A stretch of 64,000 nt of DNA from Oligoflexales bacterium (GTDB lineage Bacteria > Bdellovibrionota_B > Oligoflexia > Oligoflexales > Bog-1112): contig JBGCEP010000026.1 of the NCBI GenBank assembly GCA_045106415.1, forward strand, positions 76,582 to 140,581. Reading direction: 5' to 3'. How positions within the stretch are numbered: position 1 is the first letter of the stretch; every line of letters begins with the position of its first letter. Shown here one piece after another: positions 20,547 to 33,674 of this stretch. The notes below the pieces were generated by a model that did no database searches, was not told the DNA's origin, and was given only the letters and a program-made list of their open reading frames with translations. The position numbers and the translations under genes were made by a program.

Positions 20547-21170
20547 TTGAATAAAGAGTTCTATAAATTAATATTTATTCTCACATCATGGACATCGTTT
20601 GCGCTTTTAGGAGATATTTTGCGCCAAAGGCACCAATTGATGCATGACTTAGTCTCTGCTCCAACAAAAAATTTTAAACCAGTGATGGGGTATCAAGTCT
20701 TGGTTTTTCCAACAAAGAAAAGACTACAAGCTTTACCGCTATCGATACGAAGACGTAGCCGCTTAGCAGCTTTAAGTCTTCATCATAGCTTAACGAATAA
20801 ACCTCGACTATATGATTTAGGAGTTCTCGATAAAAGGAACCATAACCAAACGGTCTTTGTTGCGCTTCGAAAAGATATCCCGAATTGGGATCGAATGTAT
20901 TGGGTAATGATGAGGGTTTTAGCGAAAGAATATTCTTGCATGATGCTTAAGAGAAAGAAATCTGCATCTGGGATGCAGGCTTTTTGTAAAGATGGCCGTG
21001 GTGTTTCTTTACATCAATACTCAGGAGGAAGCTGGTTAGGTTTTGATGCTGTGAGATTATCTAGAAAAATGGCCCGGCATATTTTTAATCAAAATAAGTC
21101 GAATCATCCTTCAGGGCGGCTCCAAAAAGCTTGGTTAGCAACTCGTCGTGAGTTGAAGGCTTCTGAGTAG
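20547..21170 (+). CDS. Hypothetical basic, probably secreted protein
   Basis: 207-aa ORF with AAGGA RBS and an N-terminal hydrophobic segment. Confidence 0.5.
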   Translation: MNKEFYKLIFILTSWTSFALLGDILRQRHQLMHDLVSAPTKNFKPVMGYQVLVFPTKKRLQALPLSIRRRSRLAALSLHHSLTNKPRLYDLGVLDKRNHNQTVFVALRKDIPNWDRMYWVMMRVLAKEYSCMMLKRKKSASGMQAFCKDGRGVSLHQYSGGSWLGFDAVRLSRKMARHIFNQNKSNHPSGRLQKAWLATRRELKASE

Positions 21171-21204
21171 GAGCAGTGTGCTTGGCCGTGTTGTGTCACT
21201 AAAA

Positions 21205-22284
21205 CTAAGTTTTTCTTAGGGCAAGTATTTGAAAACTCAAAAATATTGTTAAAACGATATTTGAGCTCCAAGCAGCTAAGAAAGCAGGCAAATCTCCAGC
21301 AATACCAAGAGCTTTGCAAGCGCTTAGAATAAACCAGTAGCTGATACCAACAGAGAAAGCGATCAATATGCTTCTGATTGTTTCTGTGCGGCGTTCTGAT
21401 TGGTACCCAAAGGGAAGGCCCATAAGGCTGACTAGAAGTGAGGCTAAAGGGTATGCCCATTTTAAATGCCATGCGATGGCATATTTAACAACTTCTCCTC
21501 CATATTTTTTTCCACGATCAATTTGTTGACTTAATTCCCAAAGACTCATTTCATCAGGCTGACTTTTATCGATGTACAGTTGGGCAGCCAGAATAGGAAG
21601 TTTTAAAAGCATAGAGGAGTGATGTTCTGCATGGGTGAGTTTTTGTTCATAGAAAGTTAATGTTTTAGGTTTAATGAGTTCCCAGCTGTGACCATTTCGA
21701 ATAGCTTCAGCAGCGTGTATTGCTTTTTTAACGTGAAAATTTTTATTTAAATGCAATATGCTGATGTTAGATAAAGTTCCGTGTTGAATATCAAGATCTT
21801 GAAAATGAATCATGCGTCTACCGTCTTTAACCCATTGAGATGCAGCTAAATGACTTTTATCCTTTTGCCCTTCTATTAAAATATCTTGGACGTAATGCAT
21901 GTGTTTGGATGTTATAGGGATAATGAAATTATTTAAAATAAAAGAGAGTGCTGACAATACAAGTCCACCAAAAAAAAGTGGTAATGCTACTCTCCAAGGA
22001 GCCATTCCTGCTGCGCGCATTGTTGTTATTTCATTACTTCTTCCGAGAAGTACCATCACAATAATTGTTCCCATAAGAGAACCTATAGGGAGAACTTGCA
22101 TAATTTGAAATGGAAGTTGATAAAAATAATACTGTGCAATCAGAGCGCTAGAGGGTTCGTATTTTGAAAAATACCCAGTCGATTTATGAATGAAGTCAAA
22201 GAGAATAAATAGAAATAAGCACAAGGTTAAAGTTCCAAAAACATAGCGGGTATATTCTTTGAGAACATATCGAAATAAAATCAT
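21205..22284 (-). CDS. lptG: LPS export permease LptG (LptF/LptG family)
   Basis: ILFRYVLKE; SNEITTMRAAG; PDEMSLWEL; LPAFLAAWSSN. Confidence 0.88.
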   Translation of the reverse strand: MILFRYVLKEYTRYVFGTLTLCLFLFILFDFIHKSTGYFSKYEPSSALIAQYYFYQLPFQIMQVLPIGSLMGTIIVMVLLGRSNEITTMRAAGMAPWRVALPLFFGGLVLSALSFILNNFIIPITSKHMHYVQDILIEGQKDKSHLAASQWVKDGRRMIHFQDLDIQHGTLSNISILHLNKNFHVKKAIHAAEAIRNGHSWELIKPKTLTFYEQKLTHAEHHSSMLLKLPILAAQLYIDKSQPDEMSLWELSQQIDRGKKYGGEVVKYAIAWHLKWAYPLASLLVSLMGLPFGYQSERRTETIRSILIAFSVGISYWFILSACKALGIAGDLPAFLAAWSSNIVLTIFLSFQILALRKT

Positions 22285-23579
22285 AAAATAGCCCCGTGTT
22301 TTTCAAGTTTGGAAGCGTGTTTGATTTTTTTAACAGTATTTTCATACTCTTCCTGCATGTGACTGCGGCTGATTTTAACAGGAAGAGTGTCCCATAAGAC
22401 CCACTCTCCATCCACCATCACGTGCTGTACATGACGTGATTGAAAACTATAGAGTAAATTTTCACCTGAAGACGTAAGGGGGAGGGTATCAAGGTCTAGC
22501 TTCATAAAAACAAGATCAGCAACATTACCTTCTACAAGTTGGCAGCTTGGAAGATTAAATACAGATTGAGGTGCAGTAGTGACCATTTGGAAAATATCTT
22601 TTGCAGAATGCTGTATTTTTCTATCTCTGAGGATAAGAGATGCGAAACGCATTTCACTTAGTAAATCTCCATGATCATTGCATGCCGCACAGTCGGTCCC
22701 TAAAGATATTTTAAGGTTCTGTTCCCAAATGTCTTTAATGGGTGACATTTCATCGTATAAGAGCTGAGAGGAGGGGCAAAATCCTGCTGAAGTTCCTTGG
22801 TCATGTAATATTTTTAAATCTTTTTGAGTTGCAGAGACGAGGTGTACTGCAAGGGTGTGTGGAGTGAGAACACCACATTTTTGTGCGTACTCGACAGGCG
22901 AAACACCTTCTCTTTGTTGAACACGTTCTCTTTCGCCATCTGTTTGAGACAAGTGAAGATGAATGGGTATGTTTTGTGAAGTTGCGTACGCTCCAATTTC
23001 TGACATTAATTTTTTTGAAACTGTATCAGCAGCGTGTGGGGCAAGGCTTGGTTTGACTCTAGAGTATTCCCATGACTCTATCTCAGAACGTGCTTGTTTC
23101 CAGCTTTGTTGGCCATCAAAAACACTATTGATATCTGCTATGGTTTCACCAACTACCCCTCGGACACCAAGAGTTTCCATGGCATCAGCAACACCGTGAG
23201 AACCGTAATAATGATCGACAAAACAAGTCACACCACTTCGAAGTCCTGCGTACAGATATGACCAGCTTAAAGCTTTCATCCATTCTTTCTTTAAGGCTCT
23301 TTCAGCAGGATAAAAGATATTTTCAATCATATCAGTGGCACCGTAGGTAAGGCCTCGAAAAAATCCCATAGCAACATGAGTGTGGCTGTTGGTCCAACCT
23401 GGAGTGATCAGATAACCACCTGCATCGATTTCGACCTCAGCACTTCGATGAGGATCGCTCAAAATACCGTTTTCAATACGGAGACTTCCTTTCGTTATAG
23501 AGCCGTCTTTTTGAAGTAAGCACGCGTTTTGAAAACGAATGGAATGGTATTGAAGTGGATTTTTAGAGGAAAGGCTCAG
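22281..23579 (-). CDS. Amidohydrolase (MTA/SAH deaminase-like), probable CTG start
   Basis: PGWTNSHTH; PHAADT; HLHLSQ; LGTD; the frame is open upstream to CTG at 23579 with AGGAG 6 nt before it. Confidence 0.85.
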   Translation of the reverse strand: MSLSSKNPLQYHSIRFQNACLLQKDGSITKGSLRIENGILSDPHRSAEVEIDAGGYLITPGWTNSHTHVAMGFFRGLTYGATDMIENIFYPAERALKKEWMKALSWSYLYAGLRSGVTCFVDHYYGSHGVADAMETLGVRGVVGETIADINSVFDGQQSWKQARSEIESWEYSRVKPSLAPHAADTVSKKLMSEIGAYATSQNIPIHLHLSQTDGERERVQQREGVSPVEYAQKCGVLTPHTLAVHLVSATQKDLKILHDQGTSAGFCPSSQLLYDEMSPIKDIWEQNLKISLGTDCAACNDHGDLLSEMRFASLILRDRKIQHSAKDIFQMVTTAPQSVFNLPSCQLVEGNVADLVFMKLDLDTLPLTSSGENLLYSFQSRHVQHVMVDGEWVLWDTLPVKISRSHMQEEYENTVKKIKHASKLEKHGAIL

Positions 23580-24487
23580 GGCTTACTCCTTAAGTTCTTA
23601 TTTCTTTGGTCGTTAATGGCCCAATTATAATCAAAATCAAAGCTGGAAGACAGCTTTAAAACAAAGCGGCTTGTATCATTAAAGTTTTCTTCGAAATGTT
23701 TTTTCTTTAAATAATTTGTGCTTTTAGGTTTTGTTTTGTCGACTGTTAAGAATTGGCTAAGGTAAGTTCCTGCTCCTGGCTTTTGCTTATCAAAGTCAGC
23801 ATAATACCAAAAAACAATACTATTTGCGTACATTGTGTTGTTATCTATCATACGAAATTGATCGTCGGATTCTAAAAATTCTTTCATGTTCTCATTAAGC
23901 ATTTGATTGATGTTTGTAGGTGTGTACGCAATTTCGCGTACGCGGGGGCAGCTGATTGCAGCACAGTTTACAGCGGAGTGTATCCTAGGGTCGAGCTTTG
24001 AAACTTCAAAACCAGAAAATCCATCAGGTATATCGGCTCCTCGAATAAGGCCGTGCTCTATACCGTCGAGGTTAATTTTTAAACCTGCAATATCGACCTT
24101 ATAATCTCCATCCCAAATGTTTCCACCTGGAACTTCAATGTCATTGATTTTGAGATGGATAAATTGAGAACTTGCAACAGGAATTTTTTTTTCGTGCGCA
24201 AATCGGAGTAAATTAGCCATCATAGTTGCGTTATATAAATTGATATAAAATGCAGTCTTTTGTGTATTTGTCCAAGATTTTATTTCATCAGCACGAAGGT
24301 TTTGATAACTTTTTATGAATGAATTTAATTTTTTTTCTTTAGATAAACCAATGTAGTTTACGCCACCTTCTTGATCAACGTATTTTTCTACGATCTCATT
24401 CCACAGCTCTGTCTTGGGATGAGCTTTAAGTTCAGTGAGATGAAATAGCCAAAAAAAAGTAAAAAAGAAACAGATTTGCTTATGCAT
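23576..24487 (-). CDS. DUF547 family secreted protein
   Basis: AFYINLYNA; LDGIEHGLIR; DPRIHSAVNCAAISCP; YNWAIND. Confidence 0.9.
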   Translation of the reverse strand: MHKQICFFFTFFWLFHLTELKAHPKTELWNEIVEKYVDQEGGVNYIGLSKEKKLNSFIKSYQNLRADEIKSWTNTQKTAFYINLYNATMMANLLRFAHEKKIPVASSQFIHLKINDIEVPGGNIWDGDYKVDIAGLKINLDGIEHGLIRGADIPDGFSGFEVSKLDPRIHSAVNCAAISCPRVREIAYTPTNINQMLNENMKEFLESDDQFRMIDNNTMYANSIVFWYYADFDKQKPGAGTYLSQFLTVDKTKPKSTNYLKKKHFEENFNDTSRFVLKLSSSFDFDYNWAINDQRNKNLRSKP

Positions 24488-24614
24488 AAGAAAGCCTTTT
24501 ATTTTATAAAAACTGTTGTAAAAATTTTAGCATGACCTTAAATAGCGTGTCTTCATATTGACCTTTTAGAAGTAAACAAGTTTGTTTTTTTTTAACACAT
24601 TATAACCTCCTGTA

Positions 24615-26684
24615 ATGAAATACTTTATCCTTTGGTTGTTCAAATATTTGAAGCGAAATGTCGATGTGCTCTGTATGCTGGATTGGACTAAATTTAAAAA
24701 TAGAGAGCTCTTTCGCCTTAGGACACTATGGTGGGCTGTTGGTACGTTTTTATTATGGTTTGGGGTCCTTTGTTTTTTAGTTTTTCATGACTTAGGTCAA
24801 GAAATTAACCGTAAGGTTTCAAGAACTTTGGAGTTTAGGGTTCGAGAGTTTTTAGGGGAAAGCCCTTCTAAGTCGAATCGAATTCGTATTCTTGGGTACG
24901 ACGATCAATCATTTAGTACACAAGGAAAAGCTTATTTAAATTTGGAAGAATGGGCTGTTATTTTAGAAAAGATAGACGCTTATAATCCTAAGATGGTTTT
25001 GATAGATAAGATTTTTGCAATTGGTGATTCCAATAAATATCAAGATGCTGTCCGTCGAATTCAAGCTTTGAAAACTCAGGTCGTCGTAGGGGCTTATGTG
25101 AGTCCTGGTGACATTGTTTTTCGTCCAAGACTTAATTTAGAGCGCCCATGGTATAGGTATCAAGACCATTTAAAAGACGCTGAGGGTGGGGAAAGTGTTT
25201 TTTCTGATCGTAGATCTTATCAAGTTTATGGTCCTGCAGAAGAATTGCAGAGCGTTTTTCCTAAATCTGGTCATGTTTCTTATCCGGGTCATGGTGAGAT
25301 TGAAGCGATTATGGCTTTGGGAGATGAAAAGCTTATTCGACACCTTGGTTTTTATACAGCTGACCAGTTAAGTAGTGATGGAACTGAACTTATTGTGAAT
25401 GGGGTTCGTTTAGTTCCAGATCAAGGTCGTTTGTTGATCAATATGAGCGATCCTAAGCATTATTATAAAGGTCTGAAGAGATTAGATATTTTATTGAGAG
25501 ATGGCAGTCCAAAAGACTTGATTCATGAAGGTGATGTCGTTCTCATTTTGCCAAACATGTTTACTGGAGGGGCCGATTTTCATTTGACAGAATTTGGCTA
25601 TGTTCCTGGTGGCCTTTTAGTAGCGGCTGTTATGAATAGTGTTTTAACAGGGCAGTGGCTGAAAAAAATATCTTTTGAACAATATGTGCCTTTGGTTGCG
25701 TGCGTTTTAGGAGGAGCTTTAGGTCTTTTAGCTCCTGTTTTTTGGTTTTGGGTTACTCTTGTTTTTATTTCTTTTTTTGTATTCTTTTTTGGTTTATGGA
25801 GTTTTACTTACATAGGTTGGGTTGTGCCTTGGCTATATACAAATTTAGGTTTTGTTGGGACAGCTGTCATGGTTTTAGCTGAAAGATCTCGTTATTCTGA
25901 AGCGCAGGCAAGTATGCTTAAGTTGGTTGAGTCTCAAAAGAAATATCTTGAAAAAGAAATTGCTGACGCAGCTGAAATGGCTATTGCTTATCGTCCTGAT
26001 GATATCCCAGAATGGAATGGTTTTCATATTCAAGAATACCACCGGTCTTGTGATTCTGCGAGTGGTGATTGGTATGCTTTTGCTTCTGCAAAGGATAAAA
26101 AACTTTACCATTTTGTGATGTGCGATATTACGGGCCATGGAGTGCAAGCTGCACTCGTTGTGTCCGCTTGTAAGACAGTCTTGAGTCAAATGAGAATTGC
26201 TGATGCCGATTTGTTTGAGAAAGAAGATTTCATTGTACATTATGCAGAATCTCTCAATAAGATATTGTATGAACAAGGCCAAGGGTTGCATAATACAACA
26301 CTAGGTGGTGTCACTTTTGATCCAGAAGAACAACAGCTTTATCTTATGACGTGTGGCCACCCATGGCCGCTGTATAGGCAAGCTTCTAATTTTCAAAACC
26401 TTCCTCGAGCTTTAAAACATCCATTAAATCGAATTGGTGACGAAAGTGACTTCCAGTGTTCTTTAAAATCATACCCTTTTCGGCCAGGTGATGAACTTTT
26501 GGTTTACACAGATGGCGTCCCGCTGTCAGAAAATCGTAGAATTTTAAAAAAGCATGGACCTTTGTCTCGAGAGAAAATGGCAAAACAAATTGTGCAAGAA
26601 GCTACTCAGGCTGAAATAAAAAAACAAGGATCGAGTTTGGTTCCTGATGACATCAGTCTGGTTTGGTTCTCATATCAACCATAG
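24615..26684 (+). CDS. CHASE2 sensor + SpoIIE/PP2C phosphatase
   Basis: Periplasmic domain plus TM cluster; SGDWY; CDITGHGVQAA; VYTDGV; DDIS. Confidence 0.85.
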   Translation: MKYFILWLFKYLKRNVDVLCMLDWTKFKNRELFRLRTLWWAVGTFLLWFGVLCFLVFHDLGQEINRKVSRTLEFRVREFLGESPSKSNRIRILGYDDQSFSTQGKAYLNLEEWAVILEKIDAYNPKMVLIDKIFAIGDSNKYQDAVRRIQALKTQVVVGAYVSPGDIVFRPRLNLERPWYRYQDHLKDAEGGESVFSDRRSYQVYGPAEELQSVFPKSGHVSYPGHGEIEAIMALGDEKLIRHLGFYTADQLSSDGTELIVNGVRLVPDQGRLLINMSDPKHYYKGLKRLDILLRDGSPKDLIHEGDVVLILPNMFTGGADFHLTEFGYVPGGLLVAAVMNSVLTGQWLKKISFEQYVPLVACVLGGALGLLAPVFWFWVTLVFISFFVFFFGLWSFTYIGWVVPWLYTNLGFVGTAVMVLAERSRYSEAQASMLKLVESQKKYLEKEIADAAEMAIAYRPDDIPEWNGFHIQEYHRSCDSASGDWYAFASAKDKKLYHFVMCDITGHGVQAALVVSACKTVLSQMRIADADLFEKEDFIVHYAESLNKILYEQGQGLHNTTLGGVTFDPEEQQLYLMTCGHPWPLYRQASNFQNLPRALKHPLNRIGDESDFQCSLKSYPFRPGDELLVYTDGVPLSENRRILKKHGPLSREKMAKQIVQEATQAEIKKQGSSLVPDDISLVWFSYQP

Positions 26685-26832
26685 AAACTTCAACAATAGT
26701 TTTTTAGAGCATTCTGGTTTTGTCTGACTAGACGCTGAGCTTTGCTTCCAGTAAGGTGAATGAGTTCACCAGTCAAGTTTTAATACCTGCATTGTGCTGT
26801 GTGATTCTGTAGGTCTCAAACAAGAGGACACC

Positions 26833-30158
<3,326 letters not shown>

Positions 30159-30160
<2 letters not shown>

Positions 30161-30203
30161 GAATAAGAATAACCTCTCGGATTGAGAGGTTATTCTTATT
30201 CTT
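30159..30203. terminator. Bidirectional terminator, perfect 20-bp inverted repeat
   Basis: aagaataagaataacctctc-ggatt-gagaggttattcttattctt between convergent genes. Confidence 0.85.
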
Positions 30204-31605
30204 TTTTCTTGGGGTTGTGAGCCTCTGTCCACGGAGAACCTAAAATGCGGGCTAGAGCATCAGCAACATTTTTGTGATAGAGATATTCGAAATGTGAGAT
30301 TTGTTCCATGGGAACAGGGGTTACATTATGTTTTTTGTGCAATGGTTTAAAGACAGCAGCTTGTCCTCGTGTGACTTTATCTTTGGAAGAATGCATGCAG
30401 TAAATTTCGAGGTGATCTGGGATATGAGATGTGTGAATCTCACGTAAAAGGTTTGATTTTGGTCGCATTTGCCACATATCTCTCCAAAACAAACCTAGAG
30501 GGGTCATTAAGGCAAGCCATGTGAGGCGCGTTCCCTCAAAAGGGGTGCCCATTGTTATTATTTTTTTGCAATATCGATGCCCCCCTAACCTTAAAAGCCA
30601 CCACATTGCGACTAAGCCACCTTTGGAGTAAGCGACAATGTGAATTTTATCGAAATTGCAGCGTTTGAACTGCCGATGAAGCTTCGTGTCAATAAATTGA
30701 GCTGTTTCTGTGATCCCACGTGTAAAGAAAACACCTAACAAGCCACCAAGATTAAATGAAATAACTTCAAATCCACGTGTGGAGAGTTGTTTTTCTAGAA
30801 CAGTGAGTGCTCGTCTAGAAGAGAAAAATCCATAGACAAGTAAGACTGGCACTTTTCTTGTGTCGAGGCTATGTCGTTTTATAATGTCATTATTGATACG
30901 TATTTCATCAGTGATTTCTCGCCACATGGCTTTGACTCGAGCCCAAAAGCTTTTCCCGTGTCGTCTTGAAACATACTCAAGAACGACACACGGGACAGCA
31001 AAAACAGCTGTGAAAACTAGTAGAATAGCGGTGAGCTCACTTGCTGTTGTTTCCTTGGTGCCTAAAAATGTCACAAGAAAAACTTCAGGAGCTATGCCAA
31101 TAAGACTCATGATGACAATCATTCGCCAACGAAAATCAAGAACACCAAATAAAAATGTACAAGGATCAAAGGGCATAAAAGGGAGTAATCTACAAAGAAC
31201 AATGATTTTCCAATCCTGTGAACGGATGAATCTAGAGGTCTGAGGTAGGTTTATGTGGAGCCAGGGCTTAACAATCATTCTTCCGACTGTTTTTCCTAAT
31301 AGGTATACAGGAATGACAGAAACAGCTGTTCCAGCGATAGCTAGTATGCCTCCAAAAACTGGCCCCCATGCTTTCCCAGCCATGAGCGTTGTAACAGAAA
31401 CAGGTATCAAAATAAAAGGACGGAATGCTGACATCATGATCCAGTGTGATATGGATATCCCTTCGGCTTTAAAGCATTCTGCAAGTGGCCCTCCGCATAC
31501 AGAGTTTACAAACCAACTTGCAACGAAAATGCCAACACAAACCAGCAGGGCTTCAATAATGAGCACTGTGCGAAGTTGACGGAGGTAGCTATAGGATCTT
31601 GCCAT
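30196..31605 (-). CDS. VTT/DedA (TVP38-like) membrane domain fused to alpha/beta hydrolase (lipase-like)
   Basis: N-terminal AGKAWGPVFG and CRLLPFMPF; C-terminal VLLVYGFF, AYSKGGL, TMGTPFEGT, D and H candidates. Confidence 0.75.
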   Translation of the reverse strand: MARSYSYLRQLRTVLIIEALLVCVGIFVASWFVNSVCGGPLAECFKAEGISISHWIMMSAFRPFILIPVSVTTLMAGKAWGPVFGGILAIAGTAVSVIPVYLLGKTVGRMIVKPWLHINLPQTSRFIRSQDWKIIVLCRLLPFMPFDPCTFLFGVLDFRWRMIVIMSLIGIAPEVFLVTFLGTKETTASELTAILLVFTAVFAVPCVVLEYVSRRHGKSFWARVKAMWREITDEIRINNDIIKRHSLDTRKVPVLLVYGFFSSRRALTVLEKQLSTRGFEVISFNLGGLLGVFFTRGITETAQFIDTKLHRQFKRCNFDKIHIVAYSKGGLVAMWWLLRLGGHRYCKKIITMGTPFEGTRLTWLALMTPLGLFWRDMWQMRPKSNLLREIHTSHIPDHLEIYCMHSSKDKVTRGQAAVFKPLHKKHNVTPVPMEQISHFEYLYHKNVADALARILGSPWTEAHNPKKKE

Positions 31606-31670
31606 GACAACCTTATGTTGATCATAATTAATGGTAACAAAGAATGGTACAAATTGATGAGCCTTGAAGA

Positions 31671-32330
31671 GTGAAAGATTGTTTTAGAAGGAAGGTGGTC
31701 TTGATAAAAACCTTTAATATAATTAGTGTTTTTTTGTTTTTGATCTTTCAGCAATATTTTTTTGTGGTCTTAGAAGCAGCACAGAGTCGTCAAAATTTGC
31801 AGTCCCGTCTACTACAGGTATCGAATGAACTTTTATCACTTGGAGCTGTTTCTTATGTTTATGGTGGTCACCGTGTCGGGGACGATCGCCAATGTAAAGA
31901 GTGTCAATCTTGCTTGGGTGAAAAAAAACCAAAACCTAAGCAAAGATTAAAAGTTTGCGCATCATGTTTACACTGCAGTCTAGATTGTAGTCATTTTGTT
32001 CAACTGGTTTATGAAAAATCTGGGATGCCTTTTCCATATTTAACAACTCAAGTCATGCGAGAAGCACCTCCTCATGTTTTAAGGCGTTACAAATTGGTGG
32101 ATTTAGGAGTGCGCCTGCAAGTGGCTCAGCCGGGTGATCTTCTTGTTTATCTCAACCATGTCGTGATGTTAGAGAGGGTGACCCAGTCAGAAAGAGGAGA
32201 TGTGATTCATGCTACAGGAGGTCGAGACCTTAAGGGGCCAGGGCATGGTATTCAGCGAGAACGTTCCGTGCCGTTAAGATCCTTTCGTGGGCCGTTACTT
32301 AAAATATTAAGACATCAGAGGCTTTTATAA
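31671..32330 (+). CDS. NlpC/P60 family cell-wall hydrolase
   Basis: YVYGG; LDCSHFV; QPGDLL; HVVM; IHA. Confidence 0.8.
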   Translation: MKDCFRRKVVLIKTFNIISVFLFLIFQQYFFVVLEAAQSRQNLQSRLLQVSNELLSLGAVSYVYGGHRVGDDRQCKECQSCLGEKKPKPKQRLKVCASCLHCSLDCSHFVQLVYEKSGMPFPYLTTQVMREAPPHVLRRYKLVDLGVRLQVAQPGDLLVYLNHVVMLERVTQSERGDVIHATGGRDLKGPGHGIQRERSVPLRSFRGPLLKILRHQRLL

Positions 32331-32437
32331 GGTGCTTTGTACTGAAAGTTCTAGAAACAGTTCAGCTCCTCAGTTATGCTGGCAGGAATCAAGAGGTCTA
32401 GAGGCCTAAAGTATGAGCGAAAAGGACAAGAAAAGTT

Positions 32438-33001
32438 ATGTATAATACAACAGATTTCCGTAAAGGTCTTAAAATTGACTATAAAGATCAAGCTTGGTCT
32501 ATTGTTGAGTTTCAGCACGTGAATCCGGGTAAGGGTTCAGCATTTGTGAGGACTCGATTAAAAAACCTTGAGACTTCACGTGTTCTTGAGGTGACTTTTA
32601 AAGCGGGCGTGGATCGTGTCGGCATTCCAGATGTTCAAACTGTTCCTATGATGTATCTCTATAACGACGGTGGCAGCTATGTCTTTATGGACCAAGAAAC
32701 ATATGATCAAGTCAACTTATCCGAAAGTGATGTTGATGAGGCAAAGTATTATCTTATTGAAAACGCTCTAGTGAGAGTCACGCGTTATAAAGGGAAAGCT
32801 GTTGCTATTGAGGTTGATAACTTTGTAGAGTTAGCTGTGAAGGAAACGCAGCCTAATATCAAGGGAGACACTTCATCAGGAGGTGGAAAGCCTGCAACAA
32901 CGGTGACAGGGTTGACTTTGAGTGTTCCTTTCCACATTAACGAAGGTGATGTGTTAAAAATTGACACAAGAACAAATAAGTACATCGAAAAGGTGAAATA
33001 G
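32438..33001 (+). CDS. efp: Elongation factor P
   Basis: HVNPGKGSAFVRTRLKN; KGDT; VPFHINEGD. Confidence 0.97.
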   Translation: MYNTTDFRKGLKIDYKDQAWSIVEFQHVNPGKGSAFVRTRLKNLETSRVLEVTFKAGVDRVGIPDVQTVPMMYLYNDGGSYVFMDQETYDQVNLSESDVDEAKYYLIENALVRVTRYKGKAVAIEVDNFVELAVKETQPNIKGDTSSGGGKPATTVTGLTLSVPFHINEGDVLKIDTRTNKYIEKVK

Positions 33002-33002
33002 T

Positions 33003-33434
33003 ATGGATACGGAACATCTGGAAAGCTTGATGAAGCTTATGCGTAGTCATGGTGTTGTAGAGCTAGAGCTGGGGCAAGGTGAAAACCACACTCGTATTCG
33101 ACTTGCTGAAGCACTCCAGACGGTTCCGTTAACACAACAAGTTGTATCGTCAGCTGTAGCGTCGTCACAGGCTTCATCTGCTGCGGATGACCAACTAAGC
33201 CATGTGAAATCTCCATTTGTGGGAACTTTTTACGTGGCTCCTAGCCCTGGTGTAAAACCTTATGTTGGAATTGGTGATAAAGTTCATAAAGGTCAGGTTC
33301 TTTGTATTGTCGAAGCGATGAAGCTGATGAATGAAATTAAAGCTGAGTGTGATGGTGTGATTCGGAAAATTTTTGTTGAGAATGAAGATCCTGTTGAATT
33401 TGAGCAATCTTTATTTGGTATTGATCCGACTTAG
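33003..33434 (+). CDS. accB: Biotin carboxyl carrier protein
   Basis: SPFVGTFY; EAMKLMNEI. Confidence 0.95.
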   Translation: MDTEHLESLMKLMRSHGVVELELGQGENHTRIRLAEALQTVPLTQQVVSSAVASSQASSAADDQLSHVKSPFVGTFYVAPSPGVKPYVGIGDKVHKGQVLCIVEAMKLMNEIKAECDGVIRKIFVENEDPVEFEQSLFGIDPT

Positions 33435-33457
33435 CTTTATAGGCTGTGAAAAATTTG

Positions 33458-33497
33458 AAAACCTCTTTATTCCATGCTTTGAATAGAGAGGTTTTTT
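33458..33497 (+). terminator. Intrinsic terminator after accB
   Basis: aaaacctctttattc-N8-gaatagagaggtttt followed by a T-tract. Confidence 0.7.
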
Positions 33498-33674
33498 GCA
33501 TCTACATGTTTTTTGTTACGCGTTTTGATATGACGATTTTAAGGTTTATGTTTTTGTATTATGTTGAAATGGTCATTTTCTTTTTAAGAAAGCTTAAATC
33601 GATTTCTTTGAAGTGATAACCTGCTATAAATGATCATAAGTAGATTGAAAATTTTTACAGTAGCTGGAGTCGTT

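Noticed and set aside
32129..32300. Heme-binding call for the NlpC/P60 protein
   Set aside because: Its Cys clusters (upstream, ~31890-31990) are CxxCxxC with no CxxCH
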